IMG/VR virus record: IMGVR_UViG_3300001335_000583
Coordinates: 1 to 64,000 of that record
Length of the DNA: 64,000 bases
Direction: 5' to 3' (one strand)
Source: a virus
Lineage: Duplodnaviria; Caudoviricetes
Positions 56,405 to 64,000 of the stretch are shown one piece after another (positions within the stretch are counted from its first letter, which is position 1; each line of letters starts with the position of its first letter). A model generated the notes under the pieces. The model saw nothing but the letters and a program-made list of their open reading frames with translations, did no database searches and was not told the DNA's origin. The position numbers were made by a program, and so were the translations under genes.

Positions 56405-57105
56405 CAGGATACATTTAATATTTCATCTGCATGTGTTATTAAAAAGTTATTGATTTCATCATCGTTAATACCTTTTACAGGAACAGAAGGGGTTTTGATC
56501 CAGCTATCCAGATCCTCTACCTCTATCTTAATCTCCTGGGTAGATAGAACGTGGGGGACAACATGGCTTAGTATCATCTTGTGAATAGGATCGGTATTTT
56601 CTATAAAGACCCGGGGATGAAGAACTAGTTTCACGTCAGGATCACGTCTTGAAACTCCCCTTTCCAAGGTAATTCTCCCCATAAACGTGAAAATAAACTG
56701 GAAATCCTTGTTCAAGACCAGAGAGCTTCCCCCGTAATAAATACCCCCCTTGGAGGTAGTTACCTGAGTCAATCTTACCTTCTGATCAGTAGTTAATAAA
56801 GAGGTCAATACACTCTGGTTTGTTCTTCTCGAAACTTTTTGTTGAACCCACAAGGGACACATCAATCTTATAATATCTGGAGATGTGTCCAAGCTATCTA
56901 GTATATCCTGACGATTATACAAGATTACGGGAAGATAGAAATTTTCCAGTTCTTCCTTGCGCAGGCTTATATCCAGGTAACGATTGAAAAGTGTATTTTG
57001 TTGGAAATTTATCAACCTTCTATTCTCTACTACAGGCCCATACTCGTTGTGCTGGTAAGGAGCTGCTTCCAAGACATCTATTAAAGTTCTGCTTAAAGCC
57101 ATCAC
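56404..57105 (-). CDS. hypothetical protein coupled to the E1 gene
   Basis: 233 aa, ATGA overlap with the E1 stop and 1-nt overlap with ung. Confidence 0.7.
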   Translation of the reverse strand: MMALSRTLIDVLEAAPYQHNEYGPVVENRRLINFQQNTLFNRYLDISLRKEELENFYLPVILYNRQDILDSLDTSPDIIRLMCPLWVQQKVSRRTNQSVLTSLLTTDQKVRLTQVTTSKGGIYYGGSSLVLNKDFQFIFTFMGRITLERGVSRRDPDVKLVLHPRVFIENTDPIHKMILSHVVPHVLSTQEIKIEVEDLDSWIKTPSVPVKGINDDEINNFLITHADEILNVS

Positions 57106-58280
57106 GCGATTGTTTTAAAGTACATAGTCTCCGCGTTGTATGTAGTATAGAAGGGAACATCCCTTGGAATGACAGGATCACACTGGTTGGCTATGAAGTT
57201 TACAAAGGCATTGACCATCACAGACCCGATCATATTGGCCATGAAAGTAGTCTGCTTGTAACTACAAACAGTCTCTTCAGCTTCTTCATCTGTAAACAAG
57301 TGATTATCTGCATACTCTTTTATAGCCCTCTCGTCATCTCCTGCAATGGTAAACACCTGAAACTCTTCTGCAGCAAGCCTTCCATCTATGAAAAGACATT
57401 TAGACTTGTTCTGGGCACATTTTATATACCTTGACCAGTTCTGAAAAAAGGTTTTCCTGGCTTCCATGTTATCAAAGCCACAAATCATCACATCGTAGGT
57501 AGGGCTGGTTGAAGTGTATTTTTCACTAAGGGCACTGACGTGATAATAGTTGGCAAATTGCATCAGGTGACGAGCCAGACTAGCTGCTTTTTGTTCCTGT
57601 ACATCTCCCATGCCGTACCACTGGCCTGACAAGTTTACCTCTTCTACTATATCATCATCATACATGATAAGTTGAAGAGGATTCATCCTAGCCAATAAAA
57701 AGGCTACATAACTCCCTATCCCTCCCAACCCAGCTAATAAAATTCTTTGTTCCTGAATCTTCCCATACCAGAGGGCACTGCTAAAACGACTTGTAGTCTC
57801 TTTCAGCAGGATACTCTCTGAATTGGGAGTTACTGTAAACTCTGGGGAATCTTCAGGATTAGAATTTTGTTGTTCCTCTTCTGCTTCCTCCTCTGTTTCC
57901 CCATCATCTGATTCATCCCGCCACAACTGGTCAACCTGCCTATCTATCCCGAAGAAGGCTTCATTTATAGAAGCAAGATAGGGCCTTGAATCTTCTTCAG
58001 AGTCATCAGCAGGCTCTTCTGAAGGAGTATCTAATCCTAAATCCTGCAAGATCTCATCCGTGTTTACCTCTACACTTGCAGTAGTTTCGACAGTTTCCTG
58101 GATTACCTCGGACTCTTCTTCAGAAACTTCAATAGATTCTGAAGGTGGTGGGGAAACAACTGCCCCGGATTCAAAAATATTTCTCAGATACTCACTGACA
58201 TTTTCTGGTAGTAACGGGACACTTTCAGGTAAAGCTGTACTAATAAGGGGTGTCCTCATTGTATACGCATCATTATTCAT
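57102..58280 (-). CDS. E1/ThiF-family adenylyltransferase with acidic N-terminal extension, 392 aa
   Basis: GLGGIGS, DDDIVEEVNLSGQ, K..SL, CGFDNMEAR, DGR, TVCSYKQT. ATG 58278-58280 overlaps the JAB TGA. Confidence 0.85.
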   Translation of the reverse strand: MNNDAYTMRTPLISTALPESVPLLPENVSEYLRNIFESGAVVSPPPSESIEVSEEESEVIQETVETTASVEVNTDEILQDLGLDTPSEEPADDSEEDSRPYLASINEAFFGIDRQVDQLWRDESDDGETEEEAEEEQQNSNPEDSPEFTVTPNSESILLKETTSRFSSALWYGKIQEQRILLAGLGGIGSYVAFLLARMNPLQLIMYDDDIVEEVNLSGQWYGMGDVQEQKAASLARHLMQFANYYHVSALSEKYTSTSPTYDVMICGFDNMEARKTFFQNWSRYIKCAQNKSKCLFIDGRLAAEEFQVFTIAGDDERAIKEYADNHLFTDEEAEETVCSYKQTTFMANMIGSVMVNAFVNFIANQCDPVIPRDVPFYTTYNAETMYFKTIA

Positions 58281-59509
58281 AAAATATACAAACTTACGGT
58301 ATCTATCAGACTTTCTGTATAAATATTGCAAGGCAGCTTTTTAAGCTCTTCCTTAACACCAAAAGCACACAGGGCAAGCATGGCATCTTCTCCATAACCC
58401 CATAAATTAGGGTCTATTGTAGTAGTAAGAATAAACTCCACATGACCTTCTGCCCACATCTTGTAATCACTCAGGGTTTCAAACCTACGTTGAAAAAGTT
58501 GCTCAGATTTTTTTACAAAGCTCTCCAGGTCAAAATCATCAGAAGCATGGGTTAAAACAGACCCTGTTACAAGCTGCCTGACTACCTTTTTGATTATATC
58601 TTCATCAAAACGAACCACTCCGTAAGGAATACTAGTGTCTTCAAAAGGCTCTTCAAAGTCTTGTTCTGTTTGCTTTTGATACTTTTTAGAGTCTTTATAG
58701 GACATATCTACGAAGTCATCTTGAAAATCAAAATCAAAAGCTTTCTGTTTAAAAGCAGGAATTTTGTAATTTTCAGTTATAAGAGAGTTTGAATTGTTTG
58801 GAAATAACGTCTTATTTTTAAATGTACTTTGCCTGTCTTTTAAAGTTCTGATCTCTTTGATCCTGCCTTTTAATTCAGCGTGATCAAAATTGCCTTCAAT
58901 GATGACATCCAGGTAAAACCATTCTATCACTTCCACCTCTTCTACCCTGTTCCTGGAAGCATTTACCACACGATCAAAAAAGGAATGATATGAATAATCC
59001 TCTTTGATATCTTGCTTGGTAATAACCTTCCTGGTGATACCAGCCGTGTATTCCTTGTGATTGTTCACAATAAGGGATACAAAGTGGTTTTGATCTGCTC
59101 CTTCCTGTCTCAGGGTATTTTGATCTGTCCCAGAGAAGAAAGTAGACATGGAGTTGTGGGAGTGAATCAGTCCCATGAAGACATTTTCATCCAGTAGCTC
59201 CGGGTTATAAGCCATGTAACCGGCCAGATCAGGAGATCTGCTAAATTCCGTGTAAGCCATGCTCCCAATATCCTGTAAAAAGATATCCAGAACTGTGACT
59301 ATTAAAGGATTCTCTTTAGAATCAAACTCTCCCGAGATGGTATAGAACAGGGTTCCTGACCACTCTACTTCATGTATCTGGTTACACAGGTAATCTATTT
59401 TTTGTTGTACAGTGCCGGGGATTATCAGATCATAATATTCGGATTGCTTGCTTAATTGGGGCAATATTTTCTCCGGGGTTTTCACCGCTTTCATCGTGAG
59501 TGTTTCCAT
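58277..59509 (-). CDS. JAB/MPN metallopeptidase with C-terminal extension
   Basis: EWSG (catalytic E), HSHNSMSTFFSGTD (HxH-x7-S-x2-D). Confidence 0.85.
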   Translation of the reverse strand: METLTMKAVKTPEKILPQLSKQSEYYDLIIPGTVQQKIDYLCNQIHEVEWSGTLFYTISGEFDSKENPLIVTVLDIFLQDIGSMAYTEFSRSPDLAGYMAYNPELLDENVFMGLIHSHNSMSTFFSGTDQNTLRQEGADQNHFVSLIVNNHKEYTAGITRKVITKQDIKEDYSYHSFFDRVVNASRNRVEEVEVIEWFYLDVIIEGNFDHAELKGRIKEIRTLKDRQSTFKNKTLFPNNSNSLITENYKIPAFKQKAFDFDFQDDFVDMSYKDSKKYQKQTEQDFEEPFEDTSIPYGVVRFDEDIIKKVVRQLVTGSVLTHASDDFDLESFVKKSEQLFQRRFETLSDYKMWAEGHVEFILTTTIDPNLWGYGEDAMLALCAFGVKEELKKLPCNIYTESLIDTVSLYIL

Positions 59510-60600
59510 AATTTAAATTTATAATTGCTAAAATCTTCAACATTATTATTTCCAGGATGGCGGGATTTAACAGCAGGCTGTATTTGTCTGATTCTGAAAT
59601 ATCTGCATGTAACTCTAAAAAGACAGGTTGACCTTTAAAATCAAACAGGGGATGTTCACGGGGAACCCGTGAATAGTCTTGTATCTCTGATGCCAATTCG
59701 TAAAAACTGCTATTTTTAATAACACCTTTTACAAGCACACCATGTCCAAGTAAATCACCTTCATGCAACTTGTTGAGATTACACCATTCAATAAAACAGT
59801 TACTTACCAGTACCCAGAGATTCATGAAAGGAATCCCTATTCCATAACTGTGATTAAGATAATTAAACTTTAAAACTTTTTTTTGTAAAAGATACCTTTC
59901 AAAATCTTTCATACGATACGAGCTGGCATAACCACCATAAGATAAATTCCACAGCATAGTATACTTATTTATCTTACCTGTAGACAGGTTTGTTATAGCC
60001 TCTAACTTATGGTAAGGCCCTCCCGTGAGGGATTCTGTATGCACGAATTTATCCAGTTCATAGCAAAATATCTGCCACCTGGTTTCATCATAATCTACTC
60101 GTAAATTTCTCGAAGTATTAGCAATAGGGCCGCGTCCTATACAGGGAGTTCTAAATACCCCGGGATCATCTTTTGATATACTGTTTACATGACTGTGTAG
60201 GTAATTTTGTTCCCAATGTAAATAAGAATACCTAGACCTGTTTAATTCAATTGCAACTAGTTCTCCATTACCCCTGAGGGATATTTTAGCCCACAATCCT
60301 TCTATATCAATACTTTTATTGTATTCATTAGTCACGGTGATATCACCAAATTGAACTAATATGTAGGGAATAAAGTAATTACCCAGGTTAAAAATATGCT
60401 TCAAAGTCTTCTTCAGACAAGTCATCTAGTATCAAACGCGAGGATATGTTAAGAGCAGGATACATAGCCTCTTTTTCAATCACTTTTAACTCTACCTTTT
60501 CTTCCCCGTAATAGTCAGAAAAGATAGAGAGGACTTGCCGAGGCATCCTCAGCAAGTCTTCATACATCTCGTTAAAAAGCTGTTCCCTATCTTTCTCCAT
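59430..60600 (-). CDS. E2/UBC-like protein, about 389 aa, requires a +1 frameshift near 60390
   Basis: ORF 60388..60600 ends TAT TTT TAA and ORF 59430..60425 continues in the +1 frame. HSHV-x14-CIG resembles the E2 HPN...C signature. Confidence 0.55.
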
Positions 60601-60612
60601 ACCTTTTTTTAT

Positions 60613-61230
60613 TTAAGAAAGGCAATCATCAATCATCTCGTCCAGTTCATCTTTTTCATAAGGAGAATCTATCCCTGGTTCAGAGATATCTCCTTTTAAA
60701 ACACGACGGATAGGCTCTGTCTGCCGGGAAAAAAGATAATCATCTTCTTCCAATACATCCAACAGCATGTCAAGAGCTTTAGCACAATCCCCATCCTTTG
60801 CCTGAGGTTCTGCTTCAGGCTCTTCTTCCAGGTTTTCCTCTATAAAGTCTTCCAGTTCCGTGCTGGATACCTGGGTATAATTACGACCAAAAGTACCCTT
60901 GATGGCATCTTCCAAACCTTCATTTTTAATGATGTTGTACAAGGCCTTGCGAGAAGTCATCCCGGAACGAATCTTCTTGTTAGTGGTTGAAAGAACAAAC
61001 ACCAGTTCGTTGGTGATACTTCCCTTGTAAGGGATATTGGTAGGGAGAATGGAATCATCCCTTTTCAGGTCTGTTTTAGACACACCTTCGTAAAAATCCA
61101 TATCGGTGTAATCAATTCCCTGTGCATCCAGATCAGCTTTAAGTTCTCCCAAGGTAACAGCTGAAGACATGATCACCTTTTTGGCTTGTGCGTTTGTGGT
61201 TAAAACCACGGTAATTTTACGAGCTTCCAT
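60613..61230 (-). CDS. ubiquitin-like (beta-grasp) precursor: 90-aa Ubl ending KIRSG plus C-terminal extension
   Basis: Strand-strand-helix (TLGELKADL)-strand...strand (ELVFVL)-KKIRSG pattern. First gene upstream of E2/JAB/E1. Confidence 0.55.
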   Translation of the reverse strand: MEARKITVVLTTNAQAKKVIMSSAVTLGELKADLDAQGIDYTDMDFYEGVSKTDLKRDDSILPTNIPYKGSITNELVFVLSTTNKKIRSGMTSRKALYNIIKNEGLEDAIKGTFGRNYTQVSSTELEDFIEENLEEEPEAEPQAKDGDCAKALDMLLDVLEEDDYLFSRQTEPIRRVLKGDISEPGIDSPYEKDELDEMIDDCLS

Positions 61231-61244
61231 AATTTTTTCTATTT

Positions 61245-62279
61245 TTAAAATGAATTATTGATTTGTTTCTCTTTAATAAGGTGAGAAATAACCTTTTTTA
61301 CTTTCTCTCTGTTAAAATTCTTACATAGATCTGAAGGATCTTTTGACTGGTACTCTTCCGGAATCTCTATCTGAATTAATCCAAACTCTATTGCCATTCC
61401 TTCTGCCAGTAATCTTCCATAATTGATGTCTGAATTAAAGTCGTTATCATACAGTACAAATACATTTTTAAAACGATCCTTTAATTCTTGTACCACATGT
61501 TGTTTAGGTAAGTAACTTTCTGCCTGTAGAGAGCAACTGGGTATGCCTGTATTCTCCCAGACACACAAGGCATCTTTTCTGGAAGAGGCTATAACCAGGT
61601 TTTCTCCACTTTTAGGAAGTTGTTCCCATAGATCCCACACGCTGGAATCGTGTTTATTAGACCATTTAAAAGTAGTGTTGAAAGGTTGATAAATTTTCAA
61701 AGTTGTATTATCATCCTTGTGTTCTACATACACATAAGCATGCCTGTCTGCAGGTATAATAAACTCTCTCCCCCGTTTTTTCACGATAACATGTGAAATA
61801 GCATGCACGTTTCCAAACTTTAACCAGGGAATAGAGATACCATACTCTTCCCAGTAAGCCAGGTCATGGGCTCTCCAGGGTCTTACCTTGACTTGTAGAT
61901 CTACCTGCGAAGAGTAAACCTTTTTGTTTTGCCTGTATTGTGGTTTTTTAGTAAAAGTTGTTTCAGCTCCTGTTGAATTGGCAATCTTAAGGAGGTCTGC
62001 TGTTAGCCTCTCTACCACACTGGTAAAGGGTATCCCCCATAAGGCAGATAAAAGATCCATAGTACCACCAGATTCCCTGGTCCTGAAATCCCTGTAATGT
62101 AACTTTATCCCGTTGTTAGAGTAAATCCCGAAAGAGGGTTTTACATCTTTTCGCAAGGGAGAATTAATCAGGCAGGGGATGGTGTTAATTTCTAAGTAGT
62201 AAGCGAGTATTTGAAACTCACTTACTACATTGAGAATATCTTCCAGGGTAGTGCTACTATTGCCTTTACTAAAACCCAT
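61245..62279 (-). CDS. DNA primase (TOPRIM)
   Basis: SPLRKDVKPSF, YRDF, SSRKD, LYDND, KDPSD. Confidence 0.8.
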   Translation of the reverse strand: MGFSKGNSSTTLEDILNVVSEFQILAYYLEINTIPCLINSPLRKDVKPSFGIYSNNGIKLHYRDFRTRESGGTMDLLSALWGIPFTSVVERLTADLLKIANSTGAETTFTKKPQYRQNKKVYSSQVDLQVKVRPWRAHDLAYWEEYGISIPWLKFGNVHAISHVIVKKRGREFIIPADRHAYVYVEHKDDNTTLKIYQPFNTTFKWSNKHDSSVWDLWEQLPKSGENLVIASSRKDALCVWENTGIPSCSLQAESYLPKQHVVQELKDRFKNVFVLYDNDFNSDINYGRLLAEGMAIEFGLIQIEIPEEYQSKDPSDLCKNFNREKVKKVISHLIKEKQINNSF

Positions 62280-62281
62280 GA

Positions 62282-63202
62282 TTAAGCTTTAAACCACTCG
62301 TCTGTAGCAGGAGCTGACGTAGCTGTTGCATCTTCCTTGGCAAACTCCGTGGGAGTTAAGGAAAACTCTTTCAATGGTTCTACACTAAACGTGGTGTGGC
62401 TGTAACCACCATTACTTTGTCTGTCCTTGATCTCTGCATCAATCTTGCTAAAATCACTGGTGTAATTTTTCAAAATTCTCTGCGTGTAGACATCCTGGTA
62501 CATCTTGTTGTTCTCAGCAGTTTTCACGCCAAATACAACTTTAACCCTGTTGTTGGGCTGCAGGGTTACAACACTTTTCAACTCGCTGATGTCTCCATCA
62601 AAATAAGAGGCAACTCTATCCAGGCGAGCTTCTGCATCTGCAGGATTCTCGATAGTAATAATTTCTCCTGTTTTGGAGTTCTTGTACTGACGTGCCGGAA
62701 CATTCAGGTAAGCTTTCAAAAAGCCTGTCAACTCTTCTTCTCCAATGTAAGCAGGTCTGTAGTCTGCATCAATGTTGGCAGGGCCAGAAGCATACTGGGG
62801 GATTGTCTTATTTTTAGCCTCTTCAATAGTAGGCCAGGCACATTCCCCGTACTTGTCAATAACCTGAACTTTGGTTTTATTCTTGTTGAAACGGTACTCC
62901 TTTTTAAGGAAAAAGGAAATCTTGCTGGTCATGTCAATCCCGTTGTTTTTTTCAGGATCAGTATGAACAATAAAATCCAACCGTATTTGAGGTTTTTCTT
63001 CCTCACCTACCTTACCTACTCCGAGGTATTCAGGTTCTTTGTCCAGAGTAGTGCCATACAGCTTTTCCAGCTCTGCCTTTGAGGGATTAACAGCCAATAC
63101 TCCCACGGAAGCTACGCCGATATACCTCCTCATCGCCGCACCTTCTGTTGTTTCTGAACCACTGGCAAAAGCCATGTACACTTTACTACTTGTTTTACTC
63201 AT
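62282..63202 (-). CDS. conserved crAss protein, probable ssDNA-binding protein
   Basis: RRYIGVASVGVLAVNP...RLDF...QVIDKYG. Acidic/aromatic tail ATDEWFKA. Next to primase. Confidence 0.6.
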   Translation of the reverse strand: MSKTSSKVYMAFASGSETTEGAAMRRYIGVASVGVLAVNPSKAELEKLYGTTLDKEPEYLGVGKVGEEEKPQIRLDFIVHTDPEKNNGIDMTSKISFFLKKEYRFNKNKTKVQVIDKYGECAWPTIEEAKNKTIPQYASGPANIDADYRPAYIGEEELTGFLKAYLNVPARQYKNSKTGEIITIENPADAEARLDRVASYFDGDISELKSVVTLQPNNRVKVVFGVKTAENNKMYQDVYTQRILKNYTSDFSKIDAEIKDRQSNGGYSHTTFSVEPLKEFSLTPTEFAKEDATATSAPATDEWFKA

Positions 63203-63267
63203 AACAAAATGAATTAATAAATTAATTAAATAAAAACGTTTTTATAAACAATTTGAGAATGAACTTC

Positions 63268-63585
63268 TTACACCCAAGGGGTTGACTCTTCTGCTTCTAC
63301 TTCATTAAACAGTTCTTCAGGTATTTCTTCTGAAGCCTCTGCCAGTATGCCTTCTTCTTGTGTTTCTACTTCAGCAGGATTAGTACCATAAAGTACTTCC
63401 TTATAAGAACCTCCCGCGTAAGTATCCATTACTTCCGCGATCTTCTTGTACTGACCTTCTATCTCTTTTCTCTCCGAGATGATTTTTTCCAACTTCTCAT
63501 CAATCTTGTGCAACTTGTTGACTAAAGGATGTAAGCTTTTTTCCATCCTTTTCAAAGCGGCTATCTCCATTCTTCCTAAACTCAT
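63268..63585 (-). CDS. hypothetical coiled-coil protein
   Basis: 105 aa, coiled coil plus acidic tail. Confidence 0.6.
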   Translation of the reverse strand: MSLGRMEIAALKRMEKSLHPLVNKLHKIDEKLEKIISERKEIEGQYKKIAEVMDTYAGGSYKEVLYGTNPAEVETQEEGILAEASEEIPEELFNEVEAEESTPWV

Positions 63586-63596
63586 AATTTCAATTT

Positions 63597-63878
63597 TTAA
63601 AAGATTTTTACTATTTGATTATTCTCTAAATTCGTGATATACTGAACCTCATACTCCCTGCTCTTTTCCTGTAAAATAAAATTAAAGACTTGATGTATAT
63701 CCTGTACGGCAGAAGCCCCAGGTAGCACGCTTAATTGAATAAGGGCTTGTGCGAATTTTTCAGATAAAGATCTTTCCTTACCTTTTTCTACACAGAATTC
63801 TACTATTTCTTTGGCTTTTATTTCTAAAGGAATCTGGTTGGGATGTATTAAGTAATGGATTAGATCACTCTTCTCCAT
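63597..63878 (-). CDS. hypothetical protein
   Basis: 93 aa, ATG/TAA. Confidence 0.6.
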   Translation of the reverse strand: MEKSDLIHYLIHPNQIPLEIKAKEIVEFCVEKGKERSLSEKFAQALIQLSVLPGASAVQDIHQVFNFILQEKSREYEVQYITNLENNQIVKIF

Positions 63879-63999
63879 TATAATAGGCCATGGCTTTTTC
63901 CACGATCAACCCCAAATCATTTGGAATATACAGGCTGTCAAACATTCCTACCGGGGTTTTGGCAGGAAATTGCCCGTCATCATTGGTTACAAACTGCCT
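63865..63999 (-). CDS. C-terminus of AAA_24-type ATPase (partial)
   Basis: FVTNDDGQFPAKTPVGMF..LYIPNDL...YYNGEE*, open to the window edge. Confidence 0.6.
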   Translation of the reverse strand, partial: RQFVTNDDGQFPAKTPVGMFDSLYIPNDLGLIVEKAMAYYNGEE

Positions 64000-64000
64000 G

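Noticed and set aside
62396-63082. 228-aa + strand ORF (also 7193..7828 -, 4262..4753 -, 56991..57434 +, 50659..51144 +)
   Set aside because: Antisense shadows of well-supported genes, with no motifs or expression signals
63230-63245. Perfect 16-bp palindrome ATAAAAACGTTTTTAT upstream of the SSB-like gene
   Set aside because: Very AT-rich single copy, plausible by chance, and no second site found
1-64000. Amber suppressor tRNA or other tRNA/rRNA
   Set aside because: No cloverleaf or T-loop GTTCRA context in any intergenic gap inspected. It probably lies outside the window. tRNAscan-SE/ARAGORN would confirm.
1-64000. CRISPR array or long tandem repeats
   Set aside because: No regularly spaced repeats seen

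Overview
This is a 64-kb segment of a crAss-like phage (order Crassvirales). From remembered sequence similarity (no search run) it is closest to the delta/Suoliviridae-type gene order. The promoters point to a Bacteroidota host. The supplied ORF track fragments the left 40 kb because this phage reads TAG as a sense codon, almost certainly Gln. With TAG=Gln the fragments join in frame into complete genes ending in TAA/TGA. On the + strand (1-28 kb) these are a lysis cassette, scaffold-like protein, major capsid protein (split by an 845-nt group I intron carrying a TAG-containing GIY-YIG homing endonuclease), capsid, tail-ring and muzzle genes, and three ejected cargo proteins. On the - strand (28-40 kb) are a 1343-aa cargo protein and a 2623-aa virion RNA polymerase (DFDID motif) that carries an inserted SLOG-like domain. 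The - strand 40-64 kb is free of internal TAG. It holds a mosaic accessory region (ThyX, GH16-like hydrolase, metallophosphoesterase, dNMP kinase) and the replication/nucleotide module (PolA, dUTPase, class II RNR, nucleases, UDG, primase, SSB-like). Embedded in that module is the most interesting element, a compact putative ubiquitin-like conjugation operon. It comprises a Ubl precursor (...KIRSG plus extension), an E2-like protein (split by a +1 frameshift at TTT-TAA), a JAB peptidase, an E1/ThiF enzyme and a coupled unknown gene. No tRNA or CRISPR array was seen. All family assignments come from motif recognition and were not database-checked.
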